Notes: generated from the sequence alone by a model not told the origin. Numbered from the stretch's first letter, positions 1 to 13,922 are shown. The stretch: DNA of 64,000 nt from Octopus vulgaris (GCA_951406725.2 OX597821.1:31124001-31188000), one strand, 5' to 3'. Numbers and translations: made by a program.

Positions 1-781
1 CTAGACTTTTACACGCAGTATATCTATCTAAAGCGAACATCTGAACAACAAAGACAAAGTCTGCACTGTTAAACTAGTTTTTTTTTACAGTAGTTCATAA
101 TCTATTTAACAAAATTTAATCTAATATGTAGGTCATGTGCACGTATGTGCCAATTACGCATAAAAATTCATTTGCTGAATTCTAATCAACAGTAAATGCG
201 ATTGCAGCAATGCAAGATAACGAAAAGTATGTCAGTTGTACAGTTATACGTTTATACAGATTTCTGTCTATCCTATATATTTCCCACTTAACGTATATAT
301 AAATTTGAGCGCTACATTTCCGTTTAAAATTATCAAAAGCTATTATAAAGTGTCAGCTATTCGCTCTATGATTGTATCAATCTTAATGGGTTTTTCACCT
401 TTTCTAACGAATTTTAAATTCATGGTATTCTTCTTTTTCGAGATGAAATCCGTTTAGTATTTTAATGTTAGTATATTACTACTCAATTGAATAAGGTTTA
501 CTGTTGCACATAAGATATAACTTATGCATGCGCACATACACTCACGCGCAAACACACGAACACAAACACACACATGCACGCAGGAGCACACATACACACA
601 CACACATGCATATAATTTTCATTCTTAAATATACATATCAAAATCCGTATCAATGTGGAATTCACTGGTTTACATTTAATTTCAGTGTGTATTGTTGATC
701 GAGTGATGTGAATCTGGAAATTCATATTGTCTTTTATTTTCCCATATTTATTCGATTATATTTAATATATGTTACAGTAGG

Positions 782-785
<4 letters not shown>

Positions 786-837
<52 letters not shown>
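786..837. repeat. (TA)n microsatellite, one of dozens in the window
   Basis: Pure TA run. Similar tracts lie at ~3800, 3870, 5910-6080, 9870-10050, 14720, 15330, 39050, 43510, 50070, 56390, 59760 and 62320. Confidence 0.95.
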
Positions 838-841
<4 letters not shown>

Positions 842-869
842 TACTTGGAGAGTGTGTATATATATATAT

Positions 870-1066
870 CACCGTGATCACGTGACCCACCAGGCTATCA
901 GATGTTGCTACACATCGCTGGTCACAATGCGCTTATTTTAGCCTTCAAATGACGCCAGCCCGCTGGCTAAGCGAGCAGGCCAACAGACGAAAGGGTGAGA
1001 GAAAGTTACGGCGAAACAGTACAGAAGGGATCGCCCCCCCCCACTGCTAGAGACTCGTGGAGCTTT
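870..1066 (-). mobile_element. 5'-truncated SINE (middle module M2 + tail T3)
   Basis: gagagaaagttacggcgaaacagtacag...cgtggagcttt matches the middle of the complete SINE at 39915-40217 (gagagaaagttgtggcgaaagagtcag...cgtggagctt). The tRNA head is missing and both flanks are (TA)n. Confidence 0.75.
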
Positions 1067-1667
1067 TGACATATATATATATATATATTCTTTTAAGTTC
1101 ACTTACGGGAAACGTTTTGAATGTGCACATAAAAACTTCTCTTTCATTGTGACAGCTACAGCCTAATAATGTCAACTATAAATACCAGGTTTTGGGGGTC
1201 GCTCAACTCAGACACTGAATTCCAACAACTGACAGAGTGCCCCGGCTGACCTGACTACTCCTTAATTCATTTACGTGACATATGCTGACATCTACATACT
1301 CAAGCATAAAATTAAGTATCAACATCACCACACAGACACACCCCCATGCCCATATACCGTCCCCCATGTTCGTCACATTCTACTTCACCCGACTAAATAC
1401 ACTCAGAAATGACCACATACGCCAGTCAACTCTTTCATTGGTAAAAATTGATAAACAATCACCAGTTAAACATCGGTTTACGTGAAATCGCCTAGAGAAA
1501 TGAATACGTGAACAATATCAGATGTTCATGGAAATTACAAGCTGTACTGTAATCATCCTAGGAATACGTATTATGATCTTAAGTGAAACGTGATTTCAAG
1601 AAACACGCGTAGCCATGCATTAAAATATATTTAAATTCCTTCCAAAGATCATTTTTATTATTATTAT

Positions 1668-2187
1668 TGAGTGAGAGAGCGGAAACCCAATATACCCATC
1701 ATGACTACCTGTCTGATAAGGGTACACCAGGCACAGGCATCACAACCATATGTGCGCGACATGGTGATCTCATATCAAGATAAACAGCACATGACCTTGC
1801 AGGTGGGGCCCAGTTAGAATTTTCTTCAGGTTGAGTAGCCCATCCCGCTCAAAAGGTCCCTGAATAAGGGTTGTTTAAGGATGTTGAAAGAACCACCCAT
1901 GTTTCCAGAGGTGAATTATTCAAACACCAAAGAATCCCTCTCAACACATGGGTATGATGCTCCCCCACTACTTCTGCTCGTGATCAGAGATGCACATATC
2001 GTCAGCCACTAAGGGACATCCTCAACTGGTTAAAGTCAAACAACAGACAAGCAAATCTGTGGTATTGAGCAGAATATTTGCTGTAGCCCATCTTTTATAC
2101 CAAAACAATACAATGTACATGATAACACTTCCAATCAGTTAAGATCAGAAGCCATGAGAGCCACTGCCTGGTACTGCATCAGGGCAT

Positions 2188-2188
<1 letters not shown>
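1668..2188. mobile_element. ~520-bp interspersed element embedded in a (TTA)n/(CTT)n microsatellite
   Basis: Sharp-edged, GC-richer block with (TTA)n on the left and (CTT)n(ATT)n on the right, and no ORF. I recall it as a high-copy octopus repeat (unverified). Confidence 0.6.
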
Positions 2189-2315
<127 letters not shown>

Positions 2316-3235
2316 TCTTTGTTAGTTGTAGAATAAACACGCCTGATGCAATATAGAGAACGATATTCAAAATACGAGAAAAATAATAGTAATTACTTGT
2401 AAACGATGTACTTACATAGTTTTAAATGATGTTCCTATGTTTAAGACTTTAATTTCGATCTGATGTCTATAGATAATGCAATCATACTAGGGAAAAAGCA
2501 TAGTACTGAGATCTTGATATCAATGAAAAAATATTACCATCTAATTTTTATACTATACACATTAAAAAGTCGTCTTGAAACTCAAATTCCTTGATAATTT
2601 CAAAAATTATAATGTATATGTATATTTCCAAATCCGATAGCATACACCTAATTGACTGTGAATAAAATGCAAACAATATTTAAGTGAATACTGCAAACTG
2701 GTCCTTCGGGGCTCAAATACCGACACTTTTTATAAATTTACAATACATAGTAATATAAAATGTTTTTAATATTTTGCCGGGCCTCATTTAACTAATCTAT
2801 AAATATGTAACTAACACGAAACAATTAATTATTGACAATGGGATTGGTTTAATGTTCAAAACGTACATTTAGGCAGCATAAAATTCTAATTAATTTGAGA
2901 TAAAAGAAAAATATCAACAAATGTTGTCATAAGAATTGAATCATATACAAGATACATGTAACATATAAATTTAGAAGCAACGCAATTAATAATTTCTAAA
3001 TGATATTATAGACAAGCCAATGAGATTTGATTTCCTTTCTCTGCAATTTCCGAAAAATATTTCCAGGAAATATTCACGTGAATATATTTTCGATATCAAC
3101 GAGTATTCTATTATAAATTATTTAGTAATCATTCAATTATTGCTAAACCATTTTTAGTGCCAAATGTATTGTGTGTTTGTATGTGTGTGTGTGTTGCGCT
3201 CGTGCATATGTATATATATATATATATATATAATT

Positions 3236-3635
3236 ATAAGAACTTTTTGCGTAATGAGATAAAAAACAAGACTGTGTAGATATTAGAACATTTACAGATA
3301 TGTTTTACAGCTGTTTCCGGGATATTTATTACTTATCTCCCTTCATCGAGATGGTGTGAGAGGATGGTTAAGTAATATATAATTTAGATAGGATACAAAC
3401 TAGAGAATGGGATGGAGGAAAGAAAATAGATGTGAGATATGTAGGGATATTGAACTTGTAGATCCATTCTTTAGGCAAAATGGTACATATGTAAGATTCC
3501 AATACCTTATGAGTGACATCCAAGGGATATAATTAATAAATATCCTGGAAACAGCTGTAAGACTTTCTATCTAGCAATGTTCTAATAGCTACAGAGCCTT
3601 GCGGTTTTTGATCTCATTACGCAAAATATTCTTAT
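3236..3635. repeat. ~110-bp imperfect inverted repeats (3236-3345 / 3521-3635), probably Penelope-derived
   Basis: ataagaactttttgcgtaatgagat...ttacagctgtttccgggatatttatt is the reverse complement of aataaatatcctggaaacagctgtaag...atctcattacgcaaaatattcttat. The arms contain a hammerhead-like GAAACAGCTGTA. Confidence 0.8.
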
Positions 3636-3757
3636 ATACGCACGCTGATATATGACCTACGTTGAACACAGTGTTCGCAAAATCACCGAGGCTGGAACTT
3701 ATCTATGGTCTGACTATTAGCACTTATTCAGCATTACCTGGTACCTTTGGGCCTCAA

Positions 3758-3792
3758 TAACACCATTACCTCTTATAACCTCAATTAAATAT

Positions 3793-3832
<40 letters not shown>

Positions 3833-3860
3833 ATTGAGGTTATAAGTGGTAATGGTGTTA
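3758..3860. repeat. near-perfect palindrome centred on (TA)n
   Basis: taacaccattacctcttataacctcaattaaata / tatttaattgaggttataagtggtaatggtgtta, one mismatch. Confidence 0.9.
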
Positions 3861-3863
3861 AAG

Positions 3864-3921
<58 letters not shown>

Positions 3922-4536
3922 TTTTATTCTATGATAGGCACCAAACTTGAACTTTTAGCTGAGAGTTCTTGCTGATCAATATCGCTCCCAGTGTTGAAGT
4001 TATACTTTTTTCTCTCAACCGAAACGATGAAAGGCAATGTTGACTGTGGCGTAAATTAATCCAACATCAAATTCCACAAAACATTTTTTTCGTGTGTGAC
4101 ACATTTACAAAAAATTATGAGTTAGAATGTAATTACCCATCTCTTACATAACTTACGAAAATGAAACCAGTTATAGCAAATGAAAGTTATGTAGATAAAT
4201 GTAAGGATAATTACCGTAACACAGTCAGATATTATATGCAAGGGGAAAAAGGACTTAAATAACATTGATAAAAATTGAATAACTTTGATATGAGGTAAAT
4301 TGATGTAAGTGCGAATAGCTCCAATGCAATTTGATTACGAAACGCACATATATGCTGAAAGGACGTATAAAAATGCTAAAATATGTGGGATTGCTTTCGG
4401 GGTGGTGCAGTAGGAAGAAATAATTTTTATACACATGAATATCCCCATACACATGAGCGCGCGCGTACACACACACACACACACACACACATACACATAC
4501 ACACACACACGTATATATATATATATATATATATAT

Positions 4537-4835
4537 AGGCGCAGGTGGTGTGGTGAGAAGCCTGCTTCCCAACTACATGAATCCGGGTTCAGTCCCACTG
4601 CGTGGCACATTGGGCGCTTATCTTCTGCTATAGCTCCGCAAGAAGCTATAGCTTCTGCAAGACGCCCGTGTGCTAATGTTAGTGTGTGTATGTGTGTGTT
4701 AGTGTTTGAGCCACCACAACTTGATGACGGGTGTTGGTGTGTTTACGTCCCCGTAAATTAGCTGTTCGGCAAAAGACAGCGATGGAATAGGTATTAGGCT
4801 TCAGAATATAAGTCATTGGGTTGACTTGTCCAATT
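4537..4835 (+). mobile_element. tRNA-derived SINE family B, decayed
   Basis: aggcgcagg..gtgtggtgagaagc..ccgggttcagtcccactgcgtggcac..; homologous to 18755-19168 and 57934-58350. Confidence 0.85.
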
Positions 4836-5755
4836 AAAAAAATATATGCATATATATAGTTGAAAAAAGATTAGGGATCTATACAAATCAATTTTTTATA
4901 TATAATATATGGATCACCGAAGTATGTTTAAGACATTTCGCTTTAAGAGGGAATTTAATAAGAATGATTTAAACAATTACATAGAGAAAATATCACCAGT
5001 TTCGATGTACATCATCTTATCAAATATCAGTAAACATTTATAAAAATGTGAAGAACAATTTATGTTCTGTCTGGGAGTCACGATAGACAAATATATCAAA
5101 AATCGTTGGAAGACAGTGCCTAACAAACATGTTTACGAATGAAATATTAAAATTGCTGTGAATCTTATTTACGTTACTTTTAAAGTGAAATGATTTAATT
5201 TTCTAGGAAAATATATGTAATGGCATTTATCTTAATGAACTAGTTGTGTTTCTTTTCTGAAAATTTTATTTATATCACTATAATTATATTTTAGATTGAA
5301 AATCTAAGTGAACGTATTCGTACTGTTGTAAAATGAAAAACATTCTATCATAATTAGCATATAAATTACATTTACTACATATCATTTATTGACTTGCTTA
5401 TACATAGTATGGATTATTTCCTTCATTTTGTGGATTTTGTGGATTAGTTCATAATTTGTGAATAATTTTTACGGAATGTTTATCTTAAAAGGAATTCGAG
5501 TTGGCAAATAAACACTACAATATTCCAGTGGGACCATTAATGATGCAAAGTAATAACGCCCGTTTATAACTCGCGTTATTAAAATTCATCAAGTTTACGT
5601 TGTGTGACGCTGCACCCTGATAGATATATGTTATTTGTGAAATACACTCACTCACACACACACACAGAGATACACGTACACACAGAGAGGTTTATATATA
5701 TATATATATATTTATGTGTGTGTGTGTGTGTGTGAATTCACGAGCATACATATAA

Positions 5756-5849
5756 CATCTTTACCTCTGATGATGCTGTGCTCGTGTCACATATATATAT
5801 AAATTTAATATTTATTGAGTTTTGATTGAAACGGCTGTAAGTGAAGATG
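5756..5849 (+). ncRNA. degenerate type I hammerhead ribozyme-like motif
   Basis: Layout is catctttacct-CTGATGA(5767-5773)...GAAAC-ggct-GTA-agtgaagatg. Stem I pairs ~10 bp with one bulge, but stem II is poorly paired. Confidence 0.5.
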
Positions 5850-5961
5850 GCCAATTTGCTGTTAGTAATAACCGATTATCGACTTCCTAATCTCCATTTT
5901 CTTTTCTCCTTTATATATACACATATATGTATATATTCATATATATACATACATATATATG

Positions 5962-6079
<118 letters not shown>

Positions 6080-6351
6080 TTACGCTCAGGCATTGCGATA
6101 CTAGTAACCCAATGTACAAATTAATATGCGTATGATTCAGAGAGGAGTGTTAGTAAAGCAAAGAGCATTATTAAGAAATTGCCACGACAATGGAATATAA
6201 AAAATATCCTATGCACATATCTTACAGCTGTTTTTACACGTATTTGACACGACCACGTGCCTACTGCATCGTAGATGTATATATAGTAATATTGGAGTCA
6301 TGCAGAACATACTAGCATGGACTCTGCGCAATAATGACACACGCATACAAT

Positions 6352-6610
<259 letters not shown>

Positions 6611-6676
6611 TATATATTCATACGCATAGAGAGATAGAAAGAAGACGAGACAGAGATAGAGAGAGGGAGTGTAACA

Positions 6677-7878
6677 GAGAGATGCAGACAGACAATTATC
6701 CCACATATACATTTTATACAATCCAACGGCAATACATATTTAATTATGCTTTTATTTACATTTCGCATTTCAATAGTTATGACAAAATTACACATCCCGA
6801 GGTAATCTAAAATTGAACATTCCGACTGCTTTGCGTTTCAATAAATTCGATACAGCGCTGATTAATACTTTTAAGAAATGTAGTTTACAAACAACTGATT
6901 GTCATTTCTTTTTTATGTAACACAAAAAGTAAAAGGAACTCATTTTCCGTCTTACTACACCTGCAAATGAACAATCTATTGGAATTTTTACAATAAAAAC
7001 CACGCGTATTTCTGTTTCAGATTTTGCGTTAATTCTCTAATATAGATGAAGGATTTAACAAGCACACGTTAAGAATAAATATTTTTCATCTGTAGAAATA
7101 GGAATCAGACAATGTCTGTTAAATATATTACATAAACCGAAGCAAATGTAAAAGAATAAAAAACGATTTCATTAAACCATAAAAATATTTTTGGAAAGAA
7201 GCAAAAACAAAATTTCATTGATGTAGAATTTATAGGAAAAACATATCTCTCAGGGAAATAGACAAACGATGGTAAGAAATTGTAAAACAGGTCAACGTTA
7301 CTCCAACATAATAATCAAATAGATTATTAAGCATTTAGCTTGTTATGAGTTGTCTCAAGATTTGTAATTCTGAAGGAAAATGCATTTTAAATCTTTAAAA
7401 ATCCTTCTAGAATCTGCATTAATATTCTAGCGGTAATTCTAAACGTAACTGCTAGGTAGCAAGAAAGGCACTACTACAGAACCACAATTGCCGATCGCTC
7501 TATTAAGCAGTAATTCTCTGTGTAATCGACGCGTTGTGGAATCAAGTATCTTCTCATACCATATAAAAGAGCGGCTTTTGTCGACTGAATTTAGCCGAGG
7601 GATATGTTTCCACCATTGAGACATTAGACGGTTCAGAAAAGTTACCAAGAATTTTCGTCGCTAGAGAGAGAGAGAGAGAGAGATGCTGACAGACAATTAT
7701 TCCACAGATACATTTAATCCAATCCAACGACAATATATATTTAATGATTCTTTTATTTATATTTCCCATTTCAATAGTTATAACAAAATTACAAATGGTG
7801 TGGTAATCTAAAACTAAACGTTTCCACTGCTTTGCGTTTCAATAAATTCGATACCACGCTGATTAATACGTTTAAGAA
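6677..7878 (+). repeat. ~200-bp direct duplication (6677-6877 and 7677-7878)
   Basis: gagagatgc.gacagacaattat...actgctttgcgtttcaataaattcgatac..cgctgattaatac.tttaagaa occurs twice ~1 kb apart with scattered mismatches. Confidence 0.9.
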
Positions 7879-9876
7879 TATAGCGCGGTTGATTCCACAT
7901 ATTTTCGGCAATCCACGTGTTACCCTACCAAAAGCTTTTTGTAGTCTCAGAAAAGTATCACTCTCACAGTTTGTAATAAATTGCAGATGTCAATTGTAAA
8001 TTACTATCACTGTTTGTCATTTTGTGCATCAATGAATCCTTCTGTTAAACGTTCGCGTGTGTTGTTCATTTACTTCTTCACACAGCCAAGGAACATATTT
8101 TCATTCATTAACTCAACCAGCTATCATAGCAGTGTCCTCAAACACCATAATACTGACCATAGCAATCTAAAAGACAACAGTTTGGCAGATGGAACAAAAC
8201 TAACAAAAGATGCAGAAATATAATTTATAACTTGATGTAATATATAATACATAAACTTCACCAGCATAGATTGGGTCCGTGCCTTCAGATCTCCCTCTCT
8301 TTTCATTGCCTAGAGAATTTGTCAGCCAAAGTTTATTTATAAGCGAAAAATATCAAATGGCAGCTACATTAAGGTGTTGTTAAACGACTATGACTGGATT
8401 CAGTATGGAAACTTGCAGTTTCTGAGTCCATGCGTTGTCATGTCAACCGTTTTCTAAGATTTCTTTCTTCCAAAGTGATTATATCACGGAGAATGGCTTC
8501 AATAATCGAAGCTTGTGTGTAGTCAAAGTGACATATATCATGATGACTAAAAAAATGTAATTTCGGTCCTGCAAACATCACACACTGAATAAGATTGTAC
8601 ATCGTTCGCTAACAAAGAAGAATAGTTGAAGACTTAAAACATCCATCCAACTGCCACACCCAATATTTCTGCTGTAGACAGCCGGGCAGCAATTTTAAGT
8701 TGGTCAATTATATCAATCCCAGTCATTAGATGGTTCATTAATTATTGAACGATAAAGGATGGCAGACAAGGTGGACCCTGATGGAATCTCTAACCGGGAC
8801 CTAAAATGGTGTCAAAATACCGCATCACATTTTGTCCGACGCCCTACTTCACCAGCACATTCTTAAAAATATTGCCTGAAAATTTCAAGATTTTGAAGTA
8901 TTGTATGGAACACTGTTGCCCTACGTGACAATTTAAGAAATAATGGAACACTGTTCAGAGAAAAATGTTTTACTAGACCGAAATGTTTAATTCAGGAAAT
9001 GTCAAATTTCGTGAGATCAAGTAATGAAGGAAGCATGAACACAGCTACCACGACATCAAGACTGTATATATCTATTACTGCAGTAGAAATGCATTTCGTA
9101 AAAATGCAAAATATATGAATGTATATACGTGTGCCAGTACATATCGTAGTCAACATCACAGCTAGGTTGTTATTTAAGAGCCCCAGGTAAAGAAGTTTTC
9201 AAATTTTTAGAGGCATCTGTAAACAACGAGAAAGTGATTAGTCTCGAAATTCATTTGGCAACAACCTCACCACACAGACACAAGCATGCCACATGCAAAA
9301 TCTTATGAACATATGTGTGTTGTATGTGCATGTGTTTGTGTGCGAGCTATATCAGTATGCGTGTGAATGTATGAATGCATGTCTATATCTGTGCGTATAT
9401 ATGTATTTCTATGTTTATATATACACACACGTTTACAGGCATATATGCATATATAAACACAGACGAATACACGTACACACATATACACATTTACCAATGT
9501 TATTCATAAGAAGCCTGTTTTTGTGAAAGACAAATGCCTAATGGGCGGTTATATGAAATAAATCTGCTATAGCTAATGAGAAAGGTACTGATTAGAACTC
9601 TTAATATCAAAGAAACTCTAATCTAATTAGCACTTTCAATTAATTTATATGAAGAAAATATTTTTCATATATAAAATTATATTTACATTCGTTAATCTTA
9701 TTTAGATATCTAATGAGGAGTTTCTGTGATCCTTTTGTAATTATTCAATCAAAAGAGACTAATATAAATTCTGCTGCTCGGTTTTTAATCACCTATAAAA
9801 CTCAATATAAAGAAATATTGAAACTGGATACAATCAAAAGCTCACAATCACGCACACTTCAGTTTATGTATATATA

Positions 9877-9994
<118 letters not shown>

Positions 9995-10008
9995 CATATA
10001 TATATATA

Positions 10009-10054
<46 letters not shown>

Positions 10055-11564
10055 TATGTGTGTGTGTGTGTGCGCGCGGGGATATTTGGAGGTGTATGTG
10101 TTTGTGTGTGCACCCTTCACGCAAAATCTAAAGGTAATTAGATTTCTTTGAAATGAACGTGATGCACATGTTTATGCAAATAAAAGTTACAACCACAGTT
10201 TCCCAAAGAACGTCTTTGTCACTGAAGTGTCATCAAAGCATCAGTGATTATGACGATAAATTGTTAATAATTGATTGGGATTTCTGTTTCAGCGTTTTTC
10301 CTAGTTTGAAAGAACAACATTCAATGTCTGATATGAGAAATGATTTCATATTTTCTGTAAAGTTAATATTGATGCCAACCTTCTATATGTTATCCTAATT
10401 TTCAACTCATGTATAAGTTATGGATTGCCAGAAGGGATTTAATTATTTATTTTTTTTTTTTTCAGTGTCAAAATCATTATGAAAAGGATTTTATCAAGAA
10501 CATCAAACTACCGACGCTAAAGTCAGTTATACGGAAATACTGTTTTGGCAATATATGTTACTAAATGATAATATGAGTTTCAAACTATATGTATATTTTA
10601 GCTTTGAAGATATTCGTGTAATATAAAACTATTATTTCACATTCTACGCATGAAAATTATATTTTGGAATGAGATTCATTATTAGTTTGTCACATCAAAT
10701 CAGAAAATTATTCCAAACGAAGAAATTTATCGATGAAAGGATTGTCAAACAGAAAATGAATGTCATCCGGTGATGCTAAATTATTGGCTTGGAAATTCCT
10801 TAATGATGCGCAGGTACAGGTGATAAAATAACGTTAAAAACTATAGGGATCTTCTGTCATTTTTACCAGTCTACATTTATATCTGTTACTTAAAGTGTAT
10901 GGTAAAGTTGCTGAAAGTTGAATCATTGAAGGAATCTAAATCTATACATAACTATTCGGAATATAATAATTTTCACCTTTATGATTATTATTTGTCATGT
11001 TTAAATAATTGTGTATAAATTTATAGTTTGAGAAAATAATATAATCGAGGAAGTATACCTATATTTCAGTATTTGTTACATATTAATGCAAAGGCAAACT
11101 TCGGAAAATTAGCGCCAAGGATAAGAAATTGAAAATAACCAAGGCTTTTAGGAAGGGAATTTAAACATAAGATTTTAAGAAAAATAGTGAATAGATTTAA
11201 CGTTAATAAAGAAATGCTAAATCTTTTCACTCTTTCCTTCTATAGGACAATCATGAATAGAAAATGGTTTGTTAAGTATATACATACGAAACAGAAAGAT
11301 CCATAGAACCACATCCATATCGACGGTCATACACGAGTATGTATGTATATACACCCGCACAAACACATACATACAAATATACATACATACAAACATATGT
11401 ATACATAGGTTGACTATGAAAGAGTGAGACTAAATCCGTGGACTCCTACATGCATTAATTTCAACCCTTTTTATTAATTACTGCATTATTTCGTTCCAGA
11501 TAAATTGGTACGTGGCTGTTCAAAGAAGACTTGAAACGTAACTAGTAGCACATTTCTTTTGAAA

Positions 11565-11930
11565 ATGAACAAAGTGTGGCATCGTTGTGTTATCAAGTAT
11601 CCGAAAGAAAAGGGATTTAACCCCCAACGACATTCACGCAGACAAGGTTGCTGCATTCAGGTATGACGCTCCCGTTTTATCAACAGAGCAAAAGTGGGCT
11701 GTTGAATTTTAGAAAAGAATGAATAGTTTTAAAGTCTGGACGCCCAGCAACAGCTACAGAGCGTAGATATCATTGACCGTGTTCACTACACGTCGGTGGA
11801 TGACAGGTGATTGATTATAATTCAAATCGCCATTGCCATCGCCATAATCCCCGTGAGAAAGTTGAGCATATTCTGCACAATGGACTTGGTATGGCGGAGG
11901 TTTCTGCTCTGTGGTTGCTATGTCTTTTGG
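11565..11930 (+). pseudogene. mariner transposase N-terminal (HTH) fragment
   Basis: Manual translation across frameshifts: MNKVWHRCVIKY..KG.TPNDIHADKVA..YDAPVLSTEQKWAVEF..SGRPATAT..IIDRVH..DDR..REKVEHILHNGLGMAEVSALW, ending at the WVPR-L motif position. Confidence 0.85.
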
Positions 11931-11934
11931 GAGG

Positions 11935-13500
11935 CAACAAATCCAAGCGAATTCTTTGATTACCAGAATTCAACTGCAGGGACACCTCAAGAAATTAATA
12001 TTACGGAAAATGATACTCTTGCAGCAATTAGTGACTTCGATTCAAATTGAGCATCTGGACGAGACGCTCTCGCATGCATGTTGCTAAAACGTGCTAAAGC
12101 AGCCACGCCAAACCATTAATGATGCTAGTTCAAATGCTACTAGTTACTGGCATATTTTATGACATACTGAAAGATGGAAGAGTAACACCTACCCACACAT
12201 GAGATTGCATGTCTTTGCTAAAAGTTATCGATGTGGTTCTTTCACAACTAACCTATCCAAAATGGATCTTTTCGGTTTGAACGGCAGTTGTTAACATAAT
12301 TTCTAGGTAGCTAAAAAATTTTAAACTTCGTATACTGGTAGAATGTGTTTATAAAACATATTTTTCTCTTGGCTTTATTGAGAAACTTCTACAGTTTGTA
12401 AGATATATGTTGTTTTTTTTTCTTCAATTTCTGCAATTTCAGCCAATTACTGACGTCTATTGAGGTAAAAACATTCTGTGTCGTATGAATATGTCCCTCG
12501 TTTAAGAAACAGATTGGTTTTATTTACATTTCTGAAGAAAAAAGATACCCTTCCCCACCCCTAACCCTAACTAACCCTAACCCTAAAAGAGATTGAAATG
12601 CAATAGATCGATACTAGGGTCATAATTATGGGTGACAATTTCATATGACACCGCTAGAATAACTGCCGTTCAAACCGAAATGATCCTCCAAAATTCCTAA
12701 ATGCATTGCCCACAAACGAAACATTGCATACCCTGTGAGAAAATAAACTCTTAAACAGTATAAAACATGGTTTTTGAAGTCAACGAAGTTGTCTGACACA
12801 ACAATTACAGCACCGTGATATTACCCTCAATAATCTCTTGAGAGAAATTAACACTGGACTGCATAAAGCCTGATTTGGTTAAACTGCTTCACTAGATTGA
12901 TCATGGTATCATCTGTCATAGGTTAACAGATCTTGATAGCACAGGAAAACACGTTTAATGGTTCTTTAAATATTTAGTGGGTATAAATTAATCTGTTGCT
13001 GCAAACGGTTTTCTCTCGCTAATATCACTATTAAGAAGTGGTATAGCTTAGAGCATGTCTTTATTTATTATCCTATCATGTAAAACTCACAAATTAATTT
13101 GGCCAACGTGATAAGCTACGACAGTGATGCAAAGCTATTATTGGCAATCCAAACTCCTGAAGAAATTGTCGCACACCAAAACGATCTAAGTCATATTTAT
13201 TAATGGACAGATAAAAGCAATATGAAATTTAATACATCAAAATTTCAGGCTCTGCATTACGACAACAACAAATAGAAATCACATGATTTCACACCATATA
13301 ATGATTTAGAGCCCTATTATAGGAGATTTAGGAGTAATCATGTCAAATTATGCATGCCATAGATCTTAGAATGTAGATATTTTATTGGATGGATCAAAGG
13401 AAGGTTCGTGGAAAGAGAACCAGTACTTGTTCTGATTCTATGGAAAACCTTAGTTCTGAGCAGATTGTCCTACTGCACTCAGCATTTGTGGCCAAATCCA
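11935..13500 (+). mobile_element. CR1-type LINE reverse transcriptase relic, interrupted by a MITE
   Basis: Decayed motifs in the expected order: EINITENDTLAAI..ASGRD, LKDGRVTPTH..KSYR..NLSKI, HGF*SQRSCLTQ, DHGIICHRL, ISYDSDAKL (YADD position), QNDLSHIY*WTDKSNMKFNTSKFQALHY, DLGVIMS, LWKTLVLSRLSYC. Confidence 0.85.
12264..12686. mobile_element. MITE with 26-bp TIRs and 8-bp TSD (Merlin-like GG termini), carrying CCCTAA repeats
   Basis: TIRs are ggatcttttcggtttgaacggcagtt / aactgccgttcaaaccgaaatgatcc (one mismatch). The TSD tccaaaat lies at 12256-12263 and 12687-12694, and (CCCTAA)-like units at 12559-12586. Confidence 0.9.
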
Positions 13501-13922
13501 TCAAGTCTCATTAGTAGAGAAAAAGTAAAATAATTTCGGGTAAAAGCTTTAATTGCTGAAAATGTGTCAAAGCTCTGCGCCTTTCCACACTTGAACACCG
13601 ATGAGTTAGAGAGAGAGAGACAGACAGACAGACAGAGACAGTGACCGAGAAGGACAGACAGAGAAAGAGAGAGGAACTTTCAATGAAGCATTGAAATCAT
13701 TCGATAAATTATTAACGATACCGCCCCCAAAAAAAAAAAAAAAAAAACATTCAAGGGTACTCTCGGTGAAAATCATCGGATACAAAGTGAACCAAAGAGC
13801 AAGAAGCTGGCAGAAAACGAAAAAATAAACTGACGGAAAATAAATGAAGGCGCTGCTCAAGTATGCCAGAACACTTACGACGGTTATCACTAAAGAAATA
13901 CGTATATGTGTCTGTATCTGCG

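Noticed and set aside
12559-12586. True telomere or chromosome-fusion scar
   Set aside because: Only about four units, and they lie inside a TIR/TSD-bounded MITE.
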